From the NCBI GenBank assembly GCA_050049995.1, contig JASFVE010000019.1, forward strand, positions 1 through 27,664: a DNA stretch of 27,664 nucleotides, read 5' to 3'. Under the pieces are notes generated by a model. That model was given only the letters and a program-made list of their open reading frames with translations. It did no database searches and was not told where the DNA came from. Positions 8,826-16,537 of this stretch are shown here, piece after piece. This DNA comes from Chlamydiota bacterium (GTDB taxonomy: Bacteria; Chlamydiota; Chlamydiia; Chlamydiales; SM23-39). Numbering within the stretch: position 1 is the stretch's first letter; every line of letters begins with the position of its first letter. The position numbers were made by a program, and so were the translations under genes.

Positions 8826-9308
8826 TTAATAACTAATTGGAAAAGAGTAAAATAAAACAAGAGATTCTTCACCAGGATTTCGACTTGACCAATGAAACAA
8901 CTTTCTAGCATTAGACATGTGATAAAAATGAAGACCTAACCTAGCGTGATTAGGGAATTTAAAACCAACTTCTACACCTGAGCGAAACTCAATGGGAAAC
9001 CCTAAGTCTTTTCCCCCTCCTTTTCCGTAATACCCTACAGCAAAATTAGGAGAAAACATAAACCTTTTAATAAACCACTCAAAGCCAAACCCTGCATAAA
9101 TATAATGAGATCCTTTAGCTGTTGCCATGACCCCCACAGTAGGCCTAAAAGTATACCATACTACATTTGGTCTATACTCAACTCTAAACTCGGCTGTTCG
9201 ATATTTTTCATGCTTAATATCGAACACTCCCACACCAAAGTTTAGCAAAGGGGGCTCAGAGGCGCAAACATAGGAAAAAAAAAGAAATACGAACCATGTT
9301 TTTTTCAT
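8826..9308 (-). CDS. PagL-like lipid A 3-O-deacylase / acyloxyacyl hydrolase family outer-membrane protein
   Basis: Signal peptide, alternating beta-strand pattern, G.GKDLG..IEFRSG.E, HMSNA...NPGEESL. Confidence 0.85.
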   Translation of the reverse strand: MKKTWFVFLFFSYVCASEPPLLNFGVGVFDIKHEKYRTAEFRVEYRPNVVWYTFRPTVGVMATAKGSHYIYAGFGFEWFIKRFMFSPNFAVGYYGKGGGKDLGFPIEFRSGVEVGFKFPNHARLGLHFYHMSNARKLFHWSSRNPGEESLVLFYSFPISY

Positions 9309-9413
9309 AAAAAATATTTTTTTACAAATAGCTTTGTTTTTCAATTACAAAAATCAAAAAGGTTGTTAACCTCCCTCCCTTTCCTTTTAGAGGTAATAAC
9401 TTATGAGGATCCT

Positions 9414-9971
9414 ATGAAAAAGTTTAAAACCCTTTGTTTAATAACCTTACTCTCATTGCTACTCCCTGGTTTTTCCAATGCTTCAACGCCACCTCAGTAT
9501 TTTCCTAACTACTGTCATTGGATTTATGCCATATCAACCCTTGGAGATACTATACAACTTGAGGATCGATCTGTCTGGGATATCTCTCCTAAAGATAGCC
9601 ACAAAATTTTCAACTGGAAATCCCAAGATGCTCTTATTATTCATCCCAATTATAGATGGTTTTCTAACTATAGTTACAGAATATTGAATAAAGCTACCAA
9701 TCAAACCATTGAAGTTAATTTAAGCCTAGCCCCTTTTATCGACGGGGAAAATACCAACTATATTTACGATATTAAGAATGATTGCAGTGCAATAATGCTT
9801 CAAGATCAATCAGTCTGGCATGTAAATGCTAAAGACCGAAGGATTATAGAGCAATGGGCTTTAGATGATCTAATCATTATTGGTGTATATGACAAAGGCC
9901 GCTTTGAATCAGACACACACATTTTAATTAATGCCAATATGGGCAATCACTGTAGAGTTAGAAAAAATTAA
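9414..9971 (+). CDS. Secreted hypothetical protein with two internal repeats
   Basis: GAGGA RBS before ATG 9414 and signal peptide MKKFKTLCLITLLSLLLPGFSNA. Two copies of L.D.SVW.....D...I..W...D..II. Confidence 0.8.
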   Translation: MKKFKTLCLITLLSLLLPGFSNASTPPQYFPNYCHWIYAISTLGDTIQLEDRSVWDISPKDSHKIFNWKSQDALIIHPNYRWFSNYSYRILNKATNQTIEVNLSLAPFIDGENTNYIYDIKNDCSAIMLQDQSVWHVNAKDRRIIEQWALDDLIIIGVYDKGRFESDTHILINANMGNHCRVRKN

Positions 9972-9983
9972 AGGAGTAAAATC

Positions 9984-10793
9984 ATGGTAAATCATGTCGG
10001 ACCTTCTCATCCATTTAATCACCCTCCTTCTGGATATAACAGTAATGGATTTTTAACCAAAATCACGCAACTTGCTTTATCCATCATTTCTGTAATAGGA
10101 TCATACGCTCTTTTTTCTCCTTTTCCTGCAACTTGCCTTGCAGCGTGTTTGCTTACTCTTATAAATAACCACAATACCGCAAAAAACATTACACACACAG
10201 TTTTCAGGCATTTATCTTCATCGTTTTCTCAAAACACAATTAATAGAAGAAGACAAAGACATCAAGGCTGGGCTCCAGATCCTGCAGCAATAGAGTTATC
10301 CATTCGAAATACAAATAGTACAACTAGACCTCAAAATAGAGGGAGTTTTCTTCCTAGAGTAGGTCCAAGAGCAAAATTAAGAGGTCTTCCGTCTCATGAA
10401 ACAGAGACTGAAGAAAGAGAGGTAGTTCCACCTCCCCTCCCTCAAACTGGAGTTCAATTCCCTGCTGGTCAAGGAAATTTAACTTTTGAAGGTAGCTCAC
10501 CTTCGGCACCTCCTGCTAGAAGATTTCCTCATACCAATTTAACTAGTAGCAGTGCACCTGTACCTCAACGTGGAGAAAGTTTTCTCCCTAGTAGAAGAAC
10601 TGGTAATAATAACAATGTAGGTCCAAGAGCAAAATTAAGAGGTCTTCCGCCTCATGAAACAGAGACTGAAGAAAGAGAAAGAGTTCCACCTCCTCATCCT
10701 CAAACTGGAGTTCAGTTCTCTGCTGGTCAAGGAAATTTAACATTTGAGAATAACCAACCTCCTATTAGAGGACTTCCTCGAAGGAGGACTTAA
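9984..10793 (+). CDS. Inc-like protein: N-terminal bilobed hydrophobic segment plus a Pro/Arg-rich disordered repeat tail
   Basis: AAGGAG RBS, hydrophobic residues about 23-60 broken by SPFP, and a duplicated unit of about 43 aa. Confidence 0.7.
   Translation: MVNHVGPSHPFNHPPSGYNSNGFLTKITQLALSIISVIGSYALFSPFPATCLAACLLTLINNHNTAKNITHTVFRHLSSSFSQNTINRRRQRHQGWAPDPAAIELSIRNTNSTTRPQNRGSFLPRVGPRAKLRGLPSHETETEEREVVPPPLPQTGVQFPAGQGNLTFEGSSPSAPPARRFPHTNLTSSSAPVPQRGESFLPSRRTGNNNNVGPRAKLRGLPPHETETEERERVPPPHPQTGVQFSAGQGNLTFENNQPPIRGLPRRRT
10359..10747 (+). repeat. Intragenic direct repeat, 2 x 131 bp (10359-10489 and 10617-10747)
   Basis: In-frame offset of 258 bp with about 10 mismatches by eye. Encodes VGPRAKLRGLP.HETETEERE.VPPP.PQTGVQF.AGQGNLTFE. 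Confidence 0.95.
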
Positions 10794-10906
10794 TACCTAA
10801 AGTGCTCGAGGCACACAATTTAGTTAAAAGATTATTTTTCAGGTGTTTATTGAGAAGTCACTTGTTATACTCTTCTCATCTTAATCTAACTTATATAGAA
10901 GGATAT

Positions 10907-11182
10907 ATGCCATCGTCTACAATTGGAGGGGCAACCCCAGCAATCATAAGGAGTCCTGAAACTCACGAATCACACGAATCAACAGTTGATTCGAGACAAA
11001 TAGATCTTACTACAAGATTAATTTTTAAAGAACAAGTAATTGACAGTGAGCTTTCAATTGCTAATGAACAAAACCTAAATGCACGAACAAGTAGAAACCC
11101 TATTAGACGAAAAAGCGCAATTCATTTAGAAACTAAGCTTCACTACATTCGAGAAGCTTTAGCTGATAGATTTCAAAGCTAA
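10907..11182 (+). CDS. Small hypothetical protein
   Basis: GAAGGA RBS before ATG 10907 (MPSSTIGG...). The upstream GTG start in the ORF track is less likely. Confidence 0.6.
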   Translation: MPSSTIGGATPAIIRSPETHESHESTVDSRQIDLTTRLIFKEQVIDSELSIANEQNLNARTSRNPIRRKSAIHLETKLHYIREALADRFQS

Positions 11183-11228
11183 AACCATAATTAACATAAT
11201 ATAAACCAAAAAATTTAAGGAAAAAACT

Positions 11229-11690
11229 ATGGCAAGTCAATTAACACCCGTAAGTCATTCACAACAATCCACAGCACCTCAAGCTGAAGCTGCAACGGAT
11301 CCAGCTGATTCTAAAACTCAAGAAGTTGCTCAAAGAAGATTTGAAAGATCCCTTCATTTAGCTCCTTCTTTAATAACTGGTCAAGCTATGGCTCAAATTC
11401 CAAATGACAATGAATTAGAAAGCTTAGATTTATCTAGAACCTTTAGTAGAGTTCATGCTCAACCTGATGCAAGTAGCTTATCTGAAGATCAACCAAGGAC
11501 TAAGCCTTCTACTTTTTTTGCTAAAACAAGTCATTTAAAAAGTGCAGACTTAGCTCCTTCTTTAATAACTGGTCAAGCTATGGCTCAAATACCTAGTGGA
11601 AATGAAAAACCTTTATCTAGTGATGAATTAGCTGATTTGTTAGCTCAAATAGCTAGTTTAAATCTATCTAGCATTGATGATTTGGACTAA
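11229..11690 (+). CDS. Disordered Ser/Ala/Gln-rich hypothetical protein with a duplicated motif; candidate effector
   Basis: AAGGA RBS; LAPSLITGQAMAQIP occurs twice. Confidence 0.75.
   Translation: MASQLTPVSHSQQSTAPQAEAATDPADSKTQEVAQRRFERSLHLAPSLITGQAMAQIPNDNELESLDLSRTFSRVHAQPDASSLSEDQPRTKPSTFFAKTSHLKSADLAPSLITGQAMAQIPSGNEKPLSSDELADLLAQIASLNLSSIDDLD
11358..11590 (+). repeat. Exact 41-bp intragenic direct repeat (11358-11398 and 11550-11590)
   Basis: TTAGCTCCTTCTTTAATAACTGGTCAAGCTATGGCTCAAAT occurs twice with an in-frame offset of 192 bp. Confidence 0.95.
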
Positions 11691-11709
11691 ACACTCAAAA
11701 TCACATAAT

Positions 11710-11753
11710 AGGGAAAGTATATTTAAAAAATATTGCTTTCCCTTTACTATTTT
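11710..11753 (+). terminator. Probable intrinsic terminator after the 11229-11690 gene
   Basis: Imperfect stem AGGGAAAGTATATTT / AAATATTGCTTTCCCT followed by TTACTATTTT. Confidence 0.55.
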
Positions 11754-11774
11754 CTTAAAAGCGCCGAGAGCTCA

Positions 11775-12089
11775 ATGAATAAGCAACTAACATGCTGGCA
11801 GTGCCATGCTTTGCTGCAAGATCAAAAAATCAATTTTAGAACAATATGTGAAAGCTGCTTCACAGAACAGCATGCTTGTTTAAACTGCCAACACCATTGC
11901 CTTGGTAAGCCTAACGATTGCAATATCCCCAATACCGATAACATTAGCAAAAAAGATCGCATGAACTTTTGCGATGATTTTAGCCTTAGACACAACACTC
12001 CCTCTGACTCTTGTTTTAAAAAAGTAAAAAAAATTTTTGGAGAAGAGTTGCCAAAAAAGAAATCTTTTGAAGAATTGTTTAACGATTAA
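11775..12089 (+). CDS. Cys-rich putative zinc-binding conserved hypothetical protein
   Basis: CxxC three times (CWQC, CESC, CLNC), further Cys in NDC and NFCDDF, and a C-terminal FEELF. Confidence 0.8.
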   Translation: MNKQLTCWQCHALLQDQKINFRTICESCFTEQHACLNCQHHCLGKPNDCNIPNTDNISKKDRMNFCDDFSLRHNTPSDSCFKKVKKIFGEELPKKKSFEELFND

Positions 12090-12106
12090 TTTTTCAAAAG
12101 AAAAAG

Positions 12107-12877
12107 ATGACAGCAGCTATAGAAAAAAAATCGCTAGCAAGCGAGTTTGAAACCCTTCGCTCTGAAGTTTTAAATACCTATCTGTTCAGAGATAAGTTAA
12201 AGCATGAAATGCATCAATTTAAGATTGATGTTGATTATCTAAATCGTTTTATAAAAATAACATATTCCAATGGAACTATTGCCATTTCGGATTTAGAAAG
12301 ATTGGTTGGGCGAGCTATACAATTTGATTCGAAGCTTGTAGATCTCCATAAGGATATGGCCAAGGTAAAAAAAATAGCAGCTAAAGTTGATGCACTTATT
12401 GCAAGAACTTCTAATGCCGCTAATTCTTTTTCTGTGGATACTATTGAGCCTTTAAAAAGAGCAAATCCAGAAGAAGGAGAGCTAGTGTTTGGTACACATA
12501 TACGCGACTCCGCTAACTTAATGACCCTAGAATTATATCAAAAAGAGTTTAAAAGAATTAATGAACAATTTATTAAAATTAGAGACCACACATTTTTAAG
12601 CCTTGCAAATCATATAACTGAGCTTAAAAATGGCCAATCTCCAGGTAGTTTTGTAAATAGGCTCTTCAGATATAACCCTTTAGCTGAAAACTACGAGCCA
12701 GGTACTTTCAAGGAACAGCATAAAGATGGAGAAATAGAAGACTGGGAAGAGACACCTACACCCACACCTGCAGCCACTCTTGATGAAGCTCCTGAAAATC
12801 CTTCTGACGATACTAAAGAAGGAGTGTCTACAGGTGATAAATCTTCTAAAAAATCTAGAAAGTCTCGAAAAACTTAA
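12107..12877 (+). CDS. Hypothetical helical protein with an acidic disordered region and a basic C-terminal tail
   Basis: 256-aa ORF ending KSSKKSRKSRKT. Confidence 0.75.
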   Translation: MTAAIEKKSLASEFETLRSEVLNTYLFRDKLKHEMHQFKIDVDYLNRFIKITYSNGTIAISDLERLVGRAIQFDSKLVDLHKDMAKVKKIAAKVDALIARTSNAANSFSVDTIEPLKRANPEEGELVFGTHIRDSANLMTLELYQKEFKRINEQFIKIRDHTFLSLANHITELKNGQSPGSFVNRLFRYNPLAENYEPGTFKEQHKDGEIEDWEETPTPTPAATLDEAPENPSDDTKEGVSTGDKSSKKSRKSRKT

Positions 12878-13122
12878 GAGCTTTTCATGGAGTCTCTTAA
12901 ATCAATGATAAGAAAGAATAATAAAACGGGAAGGTAAAACGCCGCAGGATAAGGAAATTGTAATAGATAAGAAATAGTGAGAAACGCCAGCAAGGTAACT
13001 ATAACAAAAGAAAAAATAGAACTGGTTACTCTATTAAATTTTTTCATAAAAAAATATTTAATGAGAAAGTGAAGCCCCCATAGCACAAGAAATGTTGCGA
13101 TAAATTCTAGCAAATATCTCAT
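12874..13122 (-). CDS. Small membrane protein (about 3 TM), paralog of 13119-13370
   Basis: ATG at 13122 overlaps the upstream TGA (ATGA). Hydrophobic and alignable to its neighbour. Confidence 0.75.
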   Translation of the reverse strand: MRYLLEFIATFLVLWGLHFLIKYFFMKKFNRVTSSIFSFVIVTLLAFLTISYLLQFPYPAAFYLPVLLFFLIIDLRDSMKSS

Positions 13123-13370
13123 TTTCTTGTTCTTACTCTTAAAAGATCTATCACTAACCAGATACAAATGGTGACCAAGTACTCTGATACAAAAACGTCA
13201 AGACCAATGAAAAAAGCAAGTGGAGATAAAATTACTACAGAAAGCACCAAAGTTAAGTAAGTAGCTCCTACATTTGTTAAACCAGTTTTCTTAAAAGCAA
13301 AATAGGCAATAACGCGAGAAACAATCGTTACTACAAAAAAGGCAACAAAGAAATTTCTGAGTATGTCCAT
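13119..13370 (-). CDS. Small membrane protein (about 3 TM), paralog of 12874-13122
   Basis: 83 aa, three hydrophobic segments, starts 22 bp after the NSS transporter stop. Confidence 0.75.
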   Translation of the reverse strand: MDILRNFFVAFFVVTIVSRVIAYFAFKKTGLTNVGATYLTLVLSVVILSPLAFFIGLDVFVSEYLVTICIWLVIDLLRVRTRK

Positions 13371-13392
13371 GATCTTATCTATAAAAGATCAA

Positions 13393-14748
13393 TTAATACA
13401 AACCAAGAAGATTTAATAAAATGAATACAATGAGAATAGGTGCTGTATATTTAATGCAAACTCGAAAGTAAGAAGCTAGATATGGCCTGTCTTGAAAAAA
13501 GCTGACTGACCCCGTTTTTAAATTTTCAAAAGCAGGTTGTATCCCCCATCTCCACCCCACTAAGAGCACCGCTAAAAACCCTCCAATCGGGACTAAGAGG
13601 TTTACCGAAAGGTTAGAAACAACGTCATAAAAGGTAGCGCCAAAAAGAGTAACATTTTTCCAAGAACTGAAAGATAAAGCACTTGGGATGCCTAAAGCAA
13701 AAGCTCCAAAAGCCACAGTGAAAGTAGATCTTTTACGACTCCAACCTTTTTCATCCATTAGATAAGAAATAGCAGGCTCTAAGGCGGATATCTCCGAAGT
13801 AATTGCAGCAATTGTCACCAACACAAAAAATAAAATAGCCAGACTATAGCCCCAGCTGACTTGGCTAAAGACTACTGGTAAAGTCTCAAAGATCAAAGCA
13901 GGGCCAGAAGAAGGAGTAAGACCTGCAGAAAATACAATAGAAAATACCGCAATACCTACTAAAAGTCCGACTAAAGTATTGAGTAAGACTACAGGAATAC
14001 AACTTCTAGGAATATCTTCCCTTTGAGAGAGATAGCTGCCATATGTGATCATAGTCCCTTGACCTAAGCTTAAAGTAAAGAAGGCTTGTCCTAAAGCCAT
14101 TGCAATAGCCGAAGGGGTTAATAAATCCCACCTAGGAGAAAACAAAAAAGCTATTCCTTGAGAAGCTCCAGGAAGGCTCATCCCTTTTACTACTAAAATA
14201 AGCAACACCATAAATAAAAGAGGCATCATAATCTTAGACCCCAATTCAATGCCCTTTCGAACGCCAGTTAGCAAAACTAAACAACAAATCGTTATAAATA
14301 AAACATGAAAACCAACTGTCCAAAGAGGAGATGCACTTAAATTAGTAAAATGAACAAGAGCTTCATCAGAGAGTTTAAATTTGTGTAAATTCCCTAGAAT
14401 AGCCTCTACTAGATACCCTAATGTCCATCCAGCAATCACACTATAAAAAGAGCTAACAATAAATCCGGTGGCAATAGTGAGCTTTCCGCCCCACTTCCAC
14501 CCCTTAGAGCGGCCGAGTTGAAAAAAAGCTCCTGCAGGGCTATTTTGCGTTGTTCTTCCCACTAAGATTTCTGAAATTAAAACAGGAAAACCAATAAGGG
14601 CTAAGCAGATTAGATAGAGCAAAATAAAGGCAGCTCCACCATTTTCTCCTACAATATAAGGAAATCTCCATATACTACCGAGACCTACAGCTGAACCTAA
14701 TGCTGCAAAAATAAAGCCTATTCTACTTTTCCAGGACTCTCTTTTCAT
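13393..14748 (-). CDS. Sodium-dependent transporter of the NSS/SNF (LeuT-like) family
   Basis: RESW.SR.GF..A..GSAVGLG.IWRFPY..GENGG.AF, SFYSVIAGW, GQAFFTLSLG.G.MITYGSY, GPALIF.TLP, AAITS.IS..EP. Confidence 0.95.
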   Translation of the reverse strand: MKRESWKSRIGFIFAALGSAVGLGSIWRFPYIVGENGGAAFILLYLICLALIGFPVLISEILVGRTTQNSPAGAFFQLGRSKGWKWGGKLTIATGFIVSSFYSVIAGWTLGYLVEAILGNLHKFKLSDEALVHFTNLSASPLWTVGFHVLFITICCLVLLTGVRKGIELGSKIMMPLLFMVLLILVVKGMSLPGASQGIAFLFSPRWDLLTPSAIAMALGQAFFTLSLGQGTMITYGSYLSQREDIPRSCIPVVLLNTLVGLLVGIAVFSIVFSAGLTPSSGPALIFETLPVVFSQVSWGYSLAILFFVLVTIAAITSEISALEPAISYLMDEKGWSRKRSTFTVAFGAFALGIPSALSFSSWKNVTLFGATFYDVVSNLSVNLLVPIGGFLAVLLVGWRWGIQPAFENLKTGSVSFFQDRPYLASYFRVCIKYTAPILIVFILLNLLGLY

Positions 14749-14838
14749 TTTTTTCACTTATAAAAACACTCAAAAAGCTTAATATAATAAAAAGTAAATG
14801 TGAATTAAAAATCATAATTGATACTTGGAATTAAATTT

Positions 14839-15261
14839 ATGAAATTAACTTTTTTGAAATCTGATTTACAAACCCCTTGTGACCTACCCTTATTTATGAG
14901 TCCTGTAAGGGCTGGTTTTCCCTCGCCTGCTGAAGATTACTTAGAGCAGTCTTTAGATTTAAATAAACATTTAATAAAGCATCCGGCAGCTACCTTTTTT
15001 GTAAGAGTAGATGGCGATTCTATGAAAGGTGCTTCCATTCATAAAGGAGATATTTTAATTGTTGATAGAGCGATCCCTCCATCCAACGGAAAAATTGTAA
15101 TCGCTGCTCTTCAAGGCGAATTTACGGTAAAGAGGATGCAAATCAAGGGTAGGGAAATATTTCTATGTCCTGAAAATCCCTCTTTTAATCCTATCAAAGT
15201 AGAGGAAGACTCAGACTTTCACGTTTGGGGTGTTGTAACTTATGTAATTCATAAACTGTGA
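14839..15261 (+). CDS. umuD: DNA polymerase V autoproteolytic subunit UmuD (S24 peptidase)
   Basis: AGFPSPAEDY cleavage site, LDLN.HLI.HPAATFFVRV.GDSM (Ser), GEFTVK (Lys), VWGVVT. No HTH domain. Confidence 0.95.
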   Translation: MKLTFLKSDLQTPCDLPLFMSPVRAGFPSPAEDYLEQSLDLNKHLIKHPAATFFVRVDGDSMKGASIHKGDILIVDRAIPPSNGKIVIAALQGEFTVKRMQIKGREIFLCPENPSFNPIKVEEDSDFHVWGVVTYVIHKL

Positions 15262-16505
15262 TGTTTATTTTAGTCGATTGCAATAACTTTTATGCTTCCT
15301 GTGAAAAGGTTTTTGATTTGCGTCTGCATAACAAACCTTTAATCATCTTATCCAGTAATGACGGCTGCGCAATTGCCAGATCAAAAGAAGCCAAGCAATT
15401 AGGGGTAAAGATGGGGCAACCTTTATTCGAACTGAGAAACCTGATAGAGTCAGGCACGCTGCTTACTAGGTCTTCTAACTTTTCCTTATATGCCGATATG
15501 TCACAGCGAGTAATGCAGACCCTTTTTCAATTTTCTGAACAAATAGAAATTTATTCTATTGACGAGGCCTTTTTGTCTATCGATGAAGAAAACAAAGAAA
15601 ATCTTTTGTCTTTAGGTTACAAAATTAAAGCAACTGTAGAGCAATGGACAGGGATTCCAGTTTCTGTAGGAATAGCTCCTACTAAAACTCTGGCAAAAGC
15701 TGCTAGCTTTTTAGCTAAGCAACAAGAAGGGATTAGTGTACTTCTTGATGATCAAACGATTGACTTTGCCTTAAAGTCCCTTCCTTTAGAAAGCATATGG
15801 GGTATAGGAAAAAGGGTAGCGAAAAGATTAAAAAAAGAAGGGATCTTCAATGCAAGAGCATTTAAGGAAATGGATGACATACACCTTAGAAATACTCTCG
15901 GCGTCAACCTTCTAAAGGTAGCATTAGAACTTAGAAAAGTTGCCTGTTATCCCATTCAGGAAAATCCCCCTTGTAGAAAGTCGATTGTATGCTCCAGGTC
16001 TTTTGCTGAAAGACTGACAACTCTTGAAGACATACAAGAAGCTGTTTCTTTTTTTGCGACAAGGGCTGCTGAAAAACTTCGAGAAGAAAAGCTACAGGCA
16101 AAGTTTCTAGCTGTTTTTCTAGCTACTGGCGCATTTTATGAAAATCAGTATTTTAACCAGTGTAAAATAGTACTACCGAACTACACCTCTTATACTCCAG
16201 AATTAATTTCTAAAGCTAAAAACGGGTTATCTCAAATATTCAAACCTGGTCTTTCTTATAAAAAAGCAGGCGTACTTTTAACAGATTTTATAGAAGGCTC
16301 TTCTCACCAAACAGATATTTTTGAAAATACACAAAATGAGCAAAAGAAAAATAGAGCTATGCAAGCAATAGATCAAATTAATCAGCATTATGACAAAACA
16401 GCTTTATATTTTGCCTCTGAAGGTGTACATAAAAAATGGAAAAGCGCTTCCGCGCAAAGATCTCCTCGCTACACTACTTCCTGGAAAGAGCTATTCACTG
16501 TTTAA
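15261..16505 (+). CDS. umuC: Y-family DNA polymerase V catalytic subunit UmuC
   Basis: LVDCNNFYASCE, LSSNDGC.IARS.EAK.LG, SSNF.LYADMS.RVM, YSIDEAF, C-terminal SPRYTTSW.EL. Coupled to the umuD stop (alternative GTG start at 15258). Confidence 0.95.
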   Translation: MFILVDCNNFYASCEKVFDLRLHNKPLIILSSNDGCAIARSKEAKQLGVKMGQPLFELRNLIESGTLLTRSSNFSLYADMSQRVMQTLFQFSEQIEIYSIDEAFLSIDEENKENLLSLGYKIKATVEQWTGIPVSVGIAPTKTLAKAASFLAKQQEGISVLLDDQTIDFALKSLPLESIWGIGKRVAKRLKKEGIFNARAFKEMDDIHLRNTLGVNLLKVALELRKVACYPIQENPPCRKSIVCSRSFAERLTTLEDIQEAVSFFATRAAEKLREEKLQAKFLAVFLATGAFYENQYFNQCKIVLPNYTSYTPELISKAKNGLSQIFKPGLSYKKAGVLLTDFIEGSSHQTDIFENTQNEQKKNRAMQAIDQINQHYDKTALYFASEGVHKKWKSASAQRSPRYTTSWKELFTV

Positions 16506-16537
16506 ATTTTATTTTTACTGAAGTTATTTTAAGAATA

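Noticed and set aside
9361..9413. Possible hairpin or anti-SD element (ACCTC...GAGGT, CCTCC) upstream of the secreted protein
   Set aside because: The pairing is short and imperfect and cannot be told apart from chance.
9478..9687. 69-aa alternative-frame ORF
   Set aside because: Nested out of frame in 9414-9971, with no RBS or motif.
10359..11590. Direct repeats as a CRISPR array or DGR template/variable repeats
   Set aside because: Only two in-frame copies of each, inside coding regions; the mismatches are not adenine-specific; no cas or reverse transcriptase gene in the window.
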